Shown: piece by piece, positions 9,657 to 18,096 of the stretch
Position numbering within the stretch: position 1 is the stretch's first letter
Layout: every line of letters begins with the position of its first letter
Assembly (NCBI GenBank): GCA_014240285.1
Contig: JAAZXI010000004.1
Location: 1,476 to 65,475, forward strand
Direction: 5' to 3'
Length of the DNA stretch: 64,000 bases
Source of the DNA: Methanobacteriota archaeon
GTDB taxonomy: Archaea; Thermoplasmatota; Poseidoniia; Poseidoniales; Thalassarchaeaceae
Notes under the pieces: generated by a model
Told to the model about the DNA's origin: nothing
The model's database searches: none
Seen by the model: the letters and a program-made list of their open reading frames with translations, nothing else
Made by a program: the position numbers and the translations under genes

Positions 9657-9712
9657 GGCGCCCGAGTGAAGGCACGGGTTCATGGGCATTCACCTACAGC
9701 GCATCAACCGAC

Positions 9713-11440
9713 ATGGCACTCGACCCCACTGGCCTTGACTTGCCCCGTAAGCCCGGAGTCTACCTTTTTCGGCGGGCTAACAAGAGGGTCACCTACATCG
9801 GTAAGGCCACTGATCTGCGTTCTCGCGTCAAGTCGTACTTCGCGGCCAATCCCGATCGAAAAATGGTTCCCCGGTTGGTCGAGGACTCGGACCAAGTCGA
9901 CTTCATTGTCACCAAGAGTCCGAGCGATGCATTGATTCTTGAGAGGCAGCTGATCAGGGAGCACAAGCCTCGCTACAACTCTATGTTGAAGGACGACAAA
10001 TCGTACCCTTTCATCGCCCTGACAAATCACGAGCACCCCCGAATCATCTACACACGGCACCCCCCTGAGGGCTCGCTCAGATGGGGTCCTTTCGCCGACC
10101 CCGGTGCAGCCAAGCGGGTGATTCAGTTACTGCGCCGCCACTTCGGCATCCGGGATTGCCCTGAACTCCTGCCCCAGGGCTGCCTAGCGATGCATATCGG
10201 ACTGTGCCACGGACCCTGTATCGATGCGACTGGTTACAAAGATCAAATCGCGGCTGCGATTGGCGTCCTAGACGGTGACGCGGGTGTCCTAATCGAGTCG
10301 CTCCAGAAAGATATGGATGCCTCCTCGCTCGCATTTCAATATGAGGCAGCGGCTAGGGCACGCGATCTAATCAGCTCGGTCCAAAGGACCGTTTCGCAGC
10401 GAGTGGTGCACAGTAGATTCTACCAGGACTGCGACGCCATTGGTTTCGCCTCCAGAGGGGACAGTGGAATGGTCGTGGTCCTGAATGCGAAGGACGGTAT
10501 CGTCCAGGGGCAACTCGAGTACCCGCTCATCCACAGGGGCGACATTGCCGATTCGGTTGCCTGTGTTCTCGCTGAACACTACTCGAATACCAAGCCCCCA
10601 CGCACTGTCCTCGTCCCGGCGCCCATCGGTGAATCGATGGAGGCTTGGTTGACTGAACGGCGTGCTGGCGCCATCGAGGTAAGGGTGCCGCAGCGCGGCG
10701 AGTTGGCTCAGTTGCGAGGGATGGCTGACCAAAACGCCGAGGTGCAGGTCGAGCGACACCAGAAGAGGCGTTCAGGCAGCCTCGAGCAGGCTGCCGCCGA
10801 TGATGCGGCGAAGCTGCTCAAATTCGATTCGCTTGGCCATATCGTGTGCTTTGACATGGCTCAGTTGCAGGGTGACGAGCGTGTCGGAGCGTCCGTCGTA
10901 CTGCGCAACGGCAGACCAGCGAAGAAGGAGTACCGAACCTACCGGGTAAAGAGCGACGCGCCCGATGACCTCAGGATGATGTCTGAAGTGGTCGAACGCT
11001 GGCTGAAGCACCAGGACGGTTGGCCCGATTTGTTGCTGCTCGACGGCGGTGAGACCCACCTGTCTAGCATCCTCAGGATGCTGGACGGCCACGGACTAGC
11101 CGGGCGTTTTCCGGTGGCTGCTCTGGCCAAACGCGAGGAGACTCTGCACATGGAGGGTCGCGAGCCGCAGATCCTAAGCAAGCACGGCAGAGTTCTCGTC
11201 CATGCTCGCGATGAGGCTCATCGTTTCGTGAACCGTTACCACAGGAGGCGTCGCGGCAAGGGTGCAATAGGAGATCCCCTAGAGGAAATTGATGGAATGG
11301 GGGCAAAGAAGATTCAGGCCCTGCTCCGTCATTTCGGAGGCAGGCGCGGTATCGAGCATGCCAGTGTCAAGGAACTGCGAGAGGCCCCTGGGATAGGCAA
11401 GGCGATGGCTGAGCGAATCCATGGGCACCTGAACGGCTAG
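9713..11440 (+). CDS. uvrC: Excinuclease ABC subunit C
   Basis: GIY-YIG N-terminus (PGVYLFRR...VTYIGKATDLRSR...YF), a UVR motif region, an Endo V-like domain and a C-terminal HhH (GIGKAMAERI). ATG at 9713; the upstream extension to 9587 is rejected. Confidence 0.9.
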   Translation: MALDPTGLDLPRKPGVYLFRRANKRVTYIGKATDLRSRVKSYFAANPDRKMVPRLVEDSDQVDFIVTKSPSDALILERQLIREHKPRYNSMLKDDKSYPFIALTNHEHPRIIYTRHPPEGSLRWGPFADPGAAKRVIQLLRRHFGIRDCPELLPQGCLAMHIGLCHGPCIDATGYKDQIAAAIGVLDGDAGVLIESLQKDMDASSLAFQYEAAARARDLISSVQRTVSQRVVHSRFYQDCDAIGFASRGDSGMVVVLNAKDGIVQGQLEYPLIHRGDIADSVACVLAEHYSNTKPPRTVLVPAPIGESMEAWLTERRAGAIEVRVPQRGELAQLRGMADQNAEVQVERHQKRRSGSLEQAAADDAAKLLKFDSLGHIVCFDMAQLQGDERVGASVVLRNGRPAKKEYRTYRVKSDAPDDLRMMSEVVERWLKHQDGWPDLLLLDGGETHLSSILRMLDGHGLAGRFPVAALAKREETLHMEGREPQILSKHGRVLVHARDEAHRFVNRYHRRRRGKGAIGDPLEEIDGMGAKKIQALLRHFGGRRGIEHASVKELREAPGIGKAMAERIHGHLNG

Positions 11441-14400
11441 TCCTCCCACCAGCCGTCCTCGCTCTCCTTAGACTTCCCTTCTGCCTCATCCTCCTCGAAG
11501 TAGGCCTCATCGACGACCACAATCTTGTCGTCCAACTTGCCGAACTCCGACTCCATGGCCAGTTCGGCGAGTTTCTGCTCTTCGACCGAGGACTCCTGCT
11601 GCTTCTTCTCTTTACGCTCCATCTTGAGTCTCCTGCGTCTGCTAATCAGAAGTCCTAGACCGATCAGCAGCACGAATAGGTACGGAGCGAGTTCACCTAG
11701 CACAAACATCCAGCTGACTTCGATAGAGTAAGACACAATGTCCGAGTTCATGCTGCACTGCGTCCAAGTCGTCGCTTCAGGGCACACAGGGGTCCTGTAC
11801 ACCACCACCTGTCTGCCGTCAACCTCGGTCAGCTCGCCGAGGCCCATCCGACTCTCAAAACTGAGCAGCCTGACCGAGCTCGGCAGGTGTATCTCCATCC
11901 TCAGCGAGGAGCGGATGGTCCCGAACACGGTGTGCTCCATCAGCGGCGTAACTTCGAGAAAGAACTCCGCCCCCTCCACCTGGATTCCCGAATTGGTCAG
12001 AATCGGCGAGCCGAAGGCCGCGGCCATCTGGTTGGCTATGGCAAAGCCGATGGATGCAGGTTGGACCTTGATGTCTATGTCGTTGCCCCTGAGTGCGGCT
12101 GTGACGACTGTGCGCTCGATTCTGAAGCCGAAGCGGAGTGGGATGCTGTCGCTGACCTCGGAGTTGCTCGGCATCGTAGTTTCACCAAACCCCAGTGAGG
12201 GAGATGTAGACAGGTGTATCAGCGAGGCCGAGATAGAGTACGGGCCCATCCCGAAGTCCTGCACGGTCTCAAACGGACCTTCCGCTTCTATGACCTCGCC
12301 CGATCTCATTTCCAGTTCCTCGCCCAGCATTTCCATCCCGAGATTGGATATCTCGACATCTATCGGTTCTCCCACCCCTAAATCCAACGGGGCTTCAAGA
12401 TCAGAACCGGCGAGCAGTCCGCCGTCTAGGCGGTCTCCCATCACTATGGCACGTCTTAGAAGATCGGCAGGGATTGGGTGTAGGGTGATATCGTCCTCGC
12501 CTAAGTCGATGCCCAGTCGGTAGATCTCCAGCACCACCTCGGCATTGAACTGTACCTCAGCGGTGAACGAGGTTTCTCGAATCGCGAATTTTTCGATGTC
12601 AACCTCGATGTCGAGAGATACGCAGGTCTTCTGGTTCGAGCCGCAAATCAGGTCTGGGCTGTCGTCCCCACAGGGGTCTGATTCCAAGCAAATAGGATGT
12701 CTCCAGTCAAAGATTCTGGTTCCAGCGAAGCCGAAATCCTGCTCCCCTCCCCCTGTTACTGGGGCTGTGATGACGATAGTCGATGGGTCGCCAATAGTCG
12801 ACTCTATCCACTCCGGCAAGTGCAAAGTCAGGGTCAACTCGGTGCTCGGCATGTCGTCGGGGAGCAGGTCCTGCAGCCATCTGGTATCAGTGGAGAGTTC
12901 GAGTTCGGCCACATTCATAATCGAGGCGAGGTCCTCATCGGTGACCTTTGATAGGTCAATGGTGGTGATGTCTCCGCCACTGTTCTCAAGCATCCTCTCG
13001 ACTACAGAAGAGACTCTCATCGGGGTCGACTGCGAGGTTGTCTCGAGGATGACGGGCCAAGTCCCACCCATGGCGTCATCGCCCTCAATGCAGTAACTGA
13101 CTTCGAGCGCCTCATCACAGGTCACTCCCGGAGTGTGACGGAAGTCCAGTCCGCCTTCGGAGTCGGCTTGCGCGAACTGCGGAGCGCCGAACCAAATGTC
13201 GGCACCCAGAGCGTCGGAGAATGTCGAAGACAGTTTCTCCACGGGTATTCCCTGAAGAATCGCGGACAGGGCCTCGTCGATTTCTTGGTCGAGCAGTCTG
13301 ATGCCGTCAGAGGTCACCCAAGGGAACTCGATGGTGCCATCATGCAGATTGGCGTCCCAGTCATCTAGGGTGGTGGAATCTAGGTAGTGAATCGATATCT
13401 CAAGGTCAAATCGCGAGTTTTGTGTGTCGGTGGCATCAACTATTAGGTCGATCTTCAGCGAGGGTTCTCTCGGATTGATGCTCGCGGTCTGGGTAGCAAT
13501 CGACCTGTGAACAAGCTCGGAAACAAGTCTGACCGAGTCGAGGGCTGCCTCGGTCACCGCTTGGGTGTTATCGACAGCAATGATGGAATATGTCTGAGGA
13601 TGGCCGTCGCGGAATGTCGTCTTGGTCAAACCGGGGGCCTCTACACTGCTCACGTCGGCGTAACTGGGCGGTACCACCGAGAGTTCGACCGAATGACCGA
13701 TTGGCGAGGTGGCGTTGAACTCAGAGGTCAATACCGCTCCCATTGTCAACATACCCTGCATCATTCGGTTGATGTCGGAGGTCTCTTGCTTCAGGCCGAA
13801 GGCGCTAGTATCAACCTCCATCTGTAACACGGCCTCGAAACACAGAGGCGGTTGGAACGGATCGTTGTCGAAGCCGCTGACCTCGTCTATCGAGTCATAA
13901 TCGGAGTCATAGACGCAGCTCACGTCCGACTGCAACTTGAAATCGACCTCTGAGACAGTGGTGATGGTTGTGGTGTTGACATTGGGGAAGTTGATGTCGA
14001 TGAACTCCTCCATTATCTCCTCAATCCTTTCCAGCATCAAATCTGACACGGTGTCGCCGCCACCCCTGTAGAGACTCTGGTAGTTGCGAATGTAATCTGC
14101 AGGAATCCCGTCCCATGGAGCGCTATCGCCTTCGAGGTCGAGGTCGCTGAGCTGCAAATCGTCCCTCGACATCTCGTGAACTGCGAGTCCGACCTTCATC
14201 TCGACCATCTCTGCGTCCTCGATTCCTATCTCGACGGAACTCCGCATCCACTCCTGGCCGGGAGTCTGATCCAGTGCCGAATCATAGTCGTCACATACCC
14301 CACTGGCGCTATTCCATGTCGAGCAGATGTCGTTCCCGACATCAGGTTGCCCGGGAGGAGGGTCGGCTGCCGCAATAGGTGTCATCAGGAGCATGACGAG

Positions 14401-14448
14401 GAGTACGGCAGTACGCTGCACAGACGCAGGCATGAACATCAGAGCCAT
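11437..14448 (-). CDS. Large acidic orphan envelope protein (signal peptide, about 930-aa ectodomain, TM anchor, Lys/Glu-rich tail)
   Basis: An ATG at 14448 gives MALMFMPASVQRTAVLLVMLLMTPIAAADPP. I recognise no domain. The C-terminus is YLFVLLIGLGLLISRRRR followed by an EKKQQESSVEEQ...EDGWWED tail. Confidence 0.7.
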   Translation of the reverse strand: MALMFMPASVQRTAVLLVMLLMTPIAAADPPPGQPDVGNDICSTWNSASGVCDDYDSALDQTPGQEWMRSSVEIGIEDAEMVEMKVGLAVHEMSRDDLQLSDLDLEGDSAPWDGIPADYIRNYQSLYRGGGDTVSDLMLERIEEIMEEFIDINFPNVNTTTITTVSEVDFKLQSDVSCVYDSDYDSIDEVSGFDNDPFQPPLCFEAVLQMEVDTSAFGLKQETSDINRMMQGMLTMGAVLTSEFNATSPIGHSVELSVVPPSYADVSSVEAPGLTKTTFRDGHPQTYSIIAVDNTQAVTEAALDSVRLVSELVHRSIATQTASINPREPSLKIDLIVDATDTQNSRFDLEISIHYLDSTTLDDWDANLHDGTIEFPWVTSDGIRLLDQEIDEALSAILQGIPVEKLSSTFSDALGADIWFGAPQFAQADSEGGLDFRHTPGVTCDEALEVSYCIEGDDAMGGTWPVILETTSQSTPMRVSSVVERMLENSGGDITTIDLSKVTDEDLASIMNVAELELSTDTRWLQDLLPDDMPSTELTLTLHLPEWIESTIGDPSTIVITAPVTGGGEQDFGFAGTRIFDWRHPICLESDPCGDDSPDLICGSNQKTCVSLDIEVDIEKFAIRETSFTAEVQFNAEVVLEIYRLGIDLGEDDITLHPIPADLLRRAIVMGDRLDGGLLAGSDLEAPLDLGVGEPIDVEISNLGMEMLGEELEMRSGEVIEAEGPFETVQDFGMGPYSISASLIHLSTSPSLGFGETTMPSNSEVSDSIPLRFGFRIERTVVTAALRGNDIDIKVQPASIGFAIANQMAAAFGSPILTNSGIQVEGAEFFLEVTPLMEHTVFGTIRSSLRMEIHLPSSVRLLSFESRMGLGELTEVDGRQVVVYRTPVCPEATTWTQCSMNSDIVSYSIEVSWMFVLGELAPYLFVLLIGLGLLISRRRRLKMERKEKKQQESSVEEQKLAELAMESEFGKLDDKIVVVDEAYFEEDEAEGKSKESEDGWWED

Positions 14449-14483
14449 AAGTCTGAATCCAAAATGCTTCGACCAGAGGTCAG

Positions 14484-15374
14484 ATGCACAGGGAAGACCC
14501 GCACCGCCGTCTCGCCGAGTCTGTCGGCGAAGTGTTGCGCGGGGCTGGATTGAGAAATGAGGAGTGCATAGCACTCCTGGACCGGTTGCCGAGCAAGTGG
14601 GAGAGGTTTTCCGATGTCGTTCTGCTGCCGGACTCGGCGTTCCGCGGAGAGTGGGGTACATACACCTCAGAGGATCTTTGGAGAGCGGTTGCTGAGGCGT
14701 TGAAGTCCGAAAGGGTGGCAAGGCTCGGCGAGATCTCGGGGGAGATGCGCGCGAGCTCTGTGGAGATGCTGCTCGGTGAGGACGACTGGGTCGTGCGTCG
14801 GGAGAGCGGGGTGGATTATGGCTACAACCTCACCCAGTGCATGTTTTCGGCGGGCAACGTCAACGAGCGACGCAGGATGGGTGAAGTCGTCGACGCCGGA
14901 GAGGTCGTGGTCGACCTGTACGCCGGCATCGGCTACTATTCACTGCCCATGCTCGTCCACTCGCAGGTTGGACACGTCCACTGCTGCGAGTGGAACCCGA
15001 ATGCAGTGCGAGCACTCGAGTCGAACCTTGAGGTCAATGGAGTGGCCGGGAGCTGCACCGTCCACTTTGGTGACAATCAGGTCACTGCGGCCAATCTAGA
15101 AGGAGTTGCTGACCGCGTCGTCCTCGGACTGTTGCCGTCAGCCGAGGACGGTTACGCCCTCGCTATGGCCGCCCTAAGACCCGTCGGCGGAGTGCTACAT
15201 GTGCACGGCGTGGCGGCTGGCAGGAATCACGCCGCCTGGGCTGCTGATGTCACTGGGTCGTTACTTGAGATGGAGGGAAAATTCTCGATAGACGCAGCTG
15301 AGCCGCTGAGAGTGAAGAGTTACGCACCGCACTGGGACCACGTGGTGCTCGACGTCACGGTCTCCGGTGGCTAG
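14484..15374 (+). CDS. Trm5/Taw2 (TYW2, Met-10+) family tRNA methyltransferase / aminocarboxypropyltransferase
   Basis: FSAGNVNERRRM and VVDLYAGIGYYSLP (SAM motif I) are present, along with CEWNPNAVRALESNLEVNGV, typical of the Trm5/TYW2 family. Which member it is cannot be decided from the motifs. Confidence 0.7.
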   Translation: MHREDPHRRLAESVGEVLRGAGLRNEECIALLDRLPSKWERFSDVVLLPDSAFRGEWGTYTSEDLWRAVAEALKSERVARLGEISGEMRASSVEMLLGEDDWVVRRESGVDYGYNLTQCMFSAGNVNERRRMGEVVDAGEVVVDLYAGIGYYSLPMLVHSQVGHVHCCEWNPNAVRALESNLEVNGVAGSCTVHFGDNQVTAANLEGVADRVVLGLLPSAEDGYALAMAALRPVGGVLHVHGVAAGRNHAAWAADVTGSLLEMEGKFSIDAAEPLRVKSYAPHWDHVVLDVTVSGG

Positions 15375-15411
15375 CCGTCGAACTCAAGTCGAGCGGCCCT
15401 AGTCCGCAGGC

Positions 15412-16089
15412 ATGGCCTCTGATTGGCTACTCGAAGCCGCCGCTCAATACAACGAGCAATCGGTGAAGGGCAGGGACGGTTATCCGGCATATATCCTGAT
15501 GCCAGTAGACACGCTGGCGCAGATACTCGACTGGACTTTTCAGTCGCTGCCTGACGAGATACTCGTGGGGATGGATGTGAATCCAGACCTTCCCCACTCA
15601 AAGGAGGTCGAGAAGACCTATTGCGGGGTTGATTTCGAAAGTGGTCTGTTCTCGGGACAAGGTTTCGTCCTAGGTGAGCCGCATTTAGTCAACCGTGGAA
15701 ACTCGTATTCGGTCCACCATGTCCCCGAGGAATGGATAGATGGCCTGTTCGACAAGGAGAGGGGGGTTAGAGGGGGACGTTTCTCGCACTGGTTGCACAC
15801 CCACCCCAACGCCCCAGCGATACCGAGTGGGGCCGACGCCGAATCCGCCCAGTGGACCGAGGGCTGCGACATGATCCTCGGCGTTCGCTACTCGCCCGAA
15901 GGCATGCTGCCGTGGCTCGAGGGCATAGAGGGCGAGCGTCGCGAGCTGACTCCCGACGACGATGGTCGTCCTGTCATCGGCAGGGCTGTGACGGGGCATC
16001 TTATCCACGGATTGGAGCTGATTGCATTCCACAGGAGAGGTTTTGCCGTAAATGTGGTCATAACCGACGCTACAGGTCATCCAATATAG
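15412..16089 (+). CDS. JAB/MPN+ (JAMM) metalloprotease-domain protein
   Basis: Exact JAMM signature HTHPNAPAIPSGAD (HxHx7Sx2D), with an upstream candidate Glu in DEILVGM. Confidence 0.65.
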   Translation: MASDWLLEAAAQYNEQSVKGRDGYPAYILMPVDTLAQILDWTFQSLPDEILVGMDVNPDLPHSKEVEKTYCGVDFESGLFSGQGFVLGEPHLVNRGNSYSVHHVPEEWIDGLFDKERGVRGGRFSHWLHTHPNAPAIPSGADAESAQWTEGCDMILGVRYSPEGMLPWLEGIEGERRELTPDDDGRPVIGRAVTGHLIHGLELIAFHRRGFAVNVVITDATGHPI

Positions 16090-16217
16090 CGGTAATAATC
16101 TAGTATTAATCAATATATATGCACGCAGTACGCTGTTTATATTTTCTTAATAATTATTAAAAAATGATGTTGTAATTATCCTATAACATCAATGAATTGT
16201 CCCTAAAAAGGGTCGTT
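16090..16217. other. Sharply AT-rich spacer between convergent genes (probable bidirectional termination zone)
   Basis: Hand count gives about 34 G+C in 128 nt (about 27 %), against about 58 % in the flanks. There are T-runs on both strands. A weak CCCT-AAAA-AGGG hairpin lies at 16201-16212, just downstream of the orn stop. Confidence 0.5.
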
Positions 16218-16754
16218 TTAGTCACGGAATATGTGCTCACGGTAGTGTTCAAGCTCCGCAATGCTTCCTCGGATGTCGTCAAGCGCCCGGTGCCCTGCAG
16301 GTTTGGTCGCCCTGGGTAGATCCGGGTACCATCTGTCGACGAGTTGCTTGATAGAAGTGACATCGACGCTACGGTAGTGGAAGAAGTCGTGCAGTTCTGG
16401 CATGTAGCGTCGTAGGAAGCGCCTGTCCTGGCCGATGGTATTGCCGCAAAGCGGCGACATGCCCTCGATGCAGTGCTCGCGCAGGAACTCAATCGTCATC
16501 GCCTCAGCCTCGGCCATAGGAATTCCATGATTTCTGACTCTGTCCAAAAGTCCATTCTCGGTATGGTGTGTGAGATTCCAATCGTCCATCTTAGCCAGTT
16601 CCGACTCGGGCTGCGAAATCGCGAAAGCCGGTCCCTCGGCGACCACTGTCAGGTCGCCCTCAGTCACTATGGTGGCAATCTCGATGATGGTGTTCTCTTC
16701 CGGTTCGAGACCAGTCATCTCGAGGTCCATCCAGACTAGTCTCTCCTCGACCAT
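16218..16754 (-). CDS. orn: Oligoribonuclease (DEDDh 3'-5' exonuclease)
   Basis: Full-length collinear similarity to E. coli Orn: LVWMDLEMTGL, IIEIATIVT, MDDWN, PLCGNTIGQDRRFL, YMPEL..FFHYR, HRALDDIRGSIAEL.YYREH. Confidence 0.9.
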   Translation of the reverse strand: MVEERLVWMDLEMTGLEPEENTIIEIATIVTEGDLTVVAEGPAFAISQPESELAKMDDWNLTHHTENGLLDRVRNHGIPMAEAEAMTIEFLREHCIEGMSPLCGNTIGQDRRFLRRYMPELHDFFHYRSVDVTSIKQLVDRWYPDLPRATKPAGHRALDDIRGSIAELEHYREHIFRD

Positions 16755-16827
16755 GAGACTGGCGTTGGCGGGACGGACTTAGGGCTTCTCCTGCAAGGGC
16801 GAGTATCATAGTGTCCAGACCACGCGC

Positions 16828-18096
16828 ATGGACATGGGTAGCATAGGTTACATCGAGTTGCTGAGAAGGAACTCTCCGTTCCGCCGCCTGTTCGTTGCAA
16901 ACGAAATCTCGTTCATTGGCGACTGGTTCACCGTAATTGCCCTCTTCATTCTAGCCGGGGAAGCCACCGACAACTCCCCCCTAGCTATTGCCGGTGTGAT
17001 GGCCTCGAGGAGTTTTGCGCTGGCCCTGGCAACTCCATTCGCAGGGATGCTGGCGGATCGGTATTCACGCAAGGGGCTCATGCTAGGTGCTAACATCGCT
17101 TCTCTGATTATTCTCGTTTTCGTACTTGCTTTAGATTTGCTTGGGAGTCTGACATCGGTGTATGTACTGGCGGTGGTGATGGTGGCTGCTAGAGCGGTTT
17201 TTGACCCTGCTGAGTACGCCTATCTTCCCAACATCTGTGACGATCAAGAACTGTTGACTGCCAATGCCTTGGCCTCTGGAGGATGGTCGGTGGCACTGGG
17301 GCTGGGTTCTGCGATAGGTGGGCTGACCATCTCCATCTACGGCATCCAGACGGCGCTATGGATAGACACCGTGACCTTCGTTGCGGCGGCTCTGGTAATC
17401 ATGACACTGCCACCCGGTGGCCCAGATACCACAGATAGGAAGAGTGTCACCCCTCGAGTAGTCGTCGAAGAGATCGCTGCTGGATGGAGGTATATCCTAT
17501 CCAGCCCACCGCTGCGCCGAGTGGTGTTCGCCAAGGGCCTGTGGGCCTCTGGAGGTGGGGCTCAGGTATTCCTGTTGATTTTGATAGGGATGGAAGCTGG
17601 TTTCGGCGAGGTCGCGGCGGGCATCGGCATCCTGTTCATGGCTAGAGGATTCGGTAGCGGCTTCGGCCCCATCGCAGGAAGGCCATTGATGGAGAACCCA
17701 CGTCTGAGGCCGTATCTTCTGGGACTCGCTGTGGGGGTCTGCGGGCTATTCTACATCGCCGTCTCGGCCATCGAGTGGACTGAGATGGTTCTGATACTGG
17801 TGTTCTTCTCGCATGCTGCGAGCGGCCTTAACTGGGTACTTTCGACCACTTTCTTACAGGAGAGGTCTGCCGACGAATGGCGCGGTAGGGTGGCTGGAAC
17901 CGACCACTTTGGAATCACCTTGATGATGGGAATTTCGGCAGTAGTCGGGGGACTCATAATGGAGAATGGACTTCTTGAGCTCAGGGAGTTGATTGCCCTG
18001 ACTGGGATGGTTCAGATTGTCCTCGGACTGGCCTGGATAGTGCTAGCCTCGCCGCAAGAAAAGACTCTGCTAGACCAGTCTCTGAAGTCCGACTAG
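16828..18096 (+). CDS. MFS transporter
   Basis: About 12 predicted hydrophobic helices. The GMLADRYSRKG loop matches the MFS motif A position between TM2 and TM3. Confidence 0.8.
   Translation: MDMGSIGYIELLRRNSPFRRLFVANEISFIGDWFTVIALFILAGEATDNSPLAIAGVMASRSFALALATPFAGMLADRYSRKGLMLGANIASLIILVFVLALDLLGSLTSVYVLAVVMVAARAVFDPAEYAYLPNICDDQELLTANALASGGWSVALGLGSAIGGLTISIYGIQTALWIDTVTFVAAALVIMTLPPGGPDTTDRKSVTPRVVVEEIAAGWRYILSSPPLRRVVFAKGLWASGGGAQVFLLILIGMEAGFGEVAAGIGILFMARGFGSGFGPIAGRPLMENPRLRPYLLGLAVGVCGLFYIAVSAIEWTEMVLILVFFSHAASGLNWVLSTTFLQERSADEWRGRVAGTDHFGITLMMGISAVVGGLIMENGLLELRELIALTGMVQIVLGLAWIVLASPQEKTLLDQSLKSD

Noticed and set aside
11738-12523. 261-aa plus-strand ORF inside the 1003-aa envelope gene
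   Set aside because: It is fully antisense to a much longer ORF that has a signal peptide and anchor. Its product is Ser/Pro/Arg-rich low-complexity, as expected for the antisense frame of GC-rich coding DNA.
16090-16217. Replication origin in the AT-rich spacer
   Set aside because: There are no repeated ORB-like elements and no orc1/cdc6 gene nearby. At 128 nt between convergent genes, it fits terminators better.
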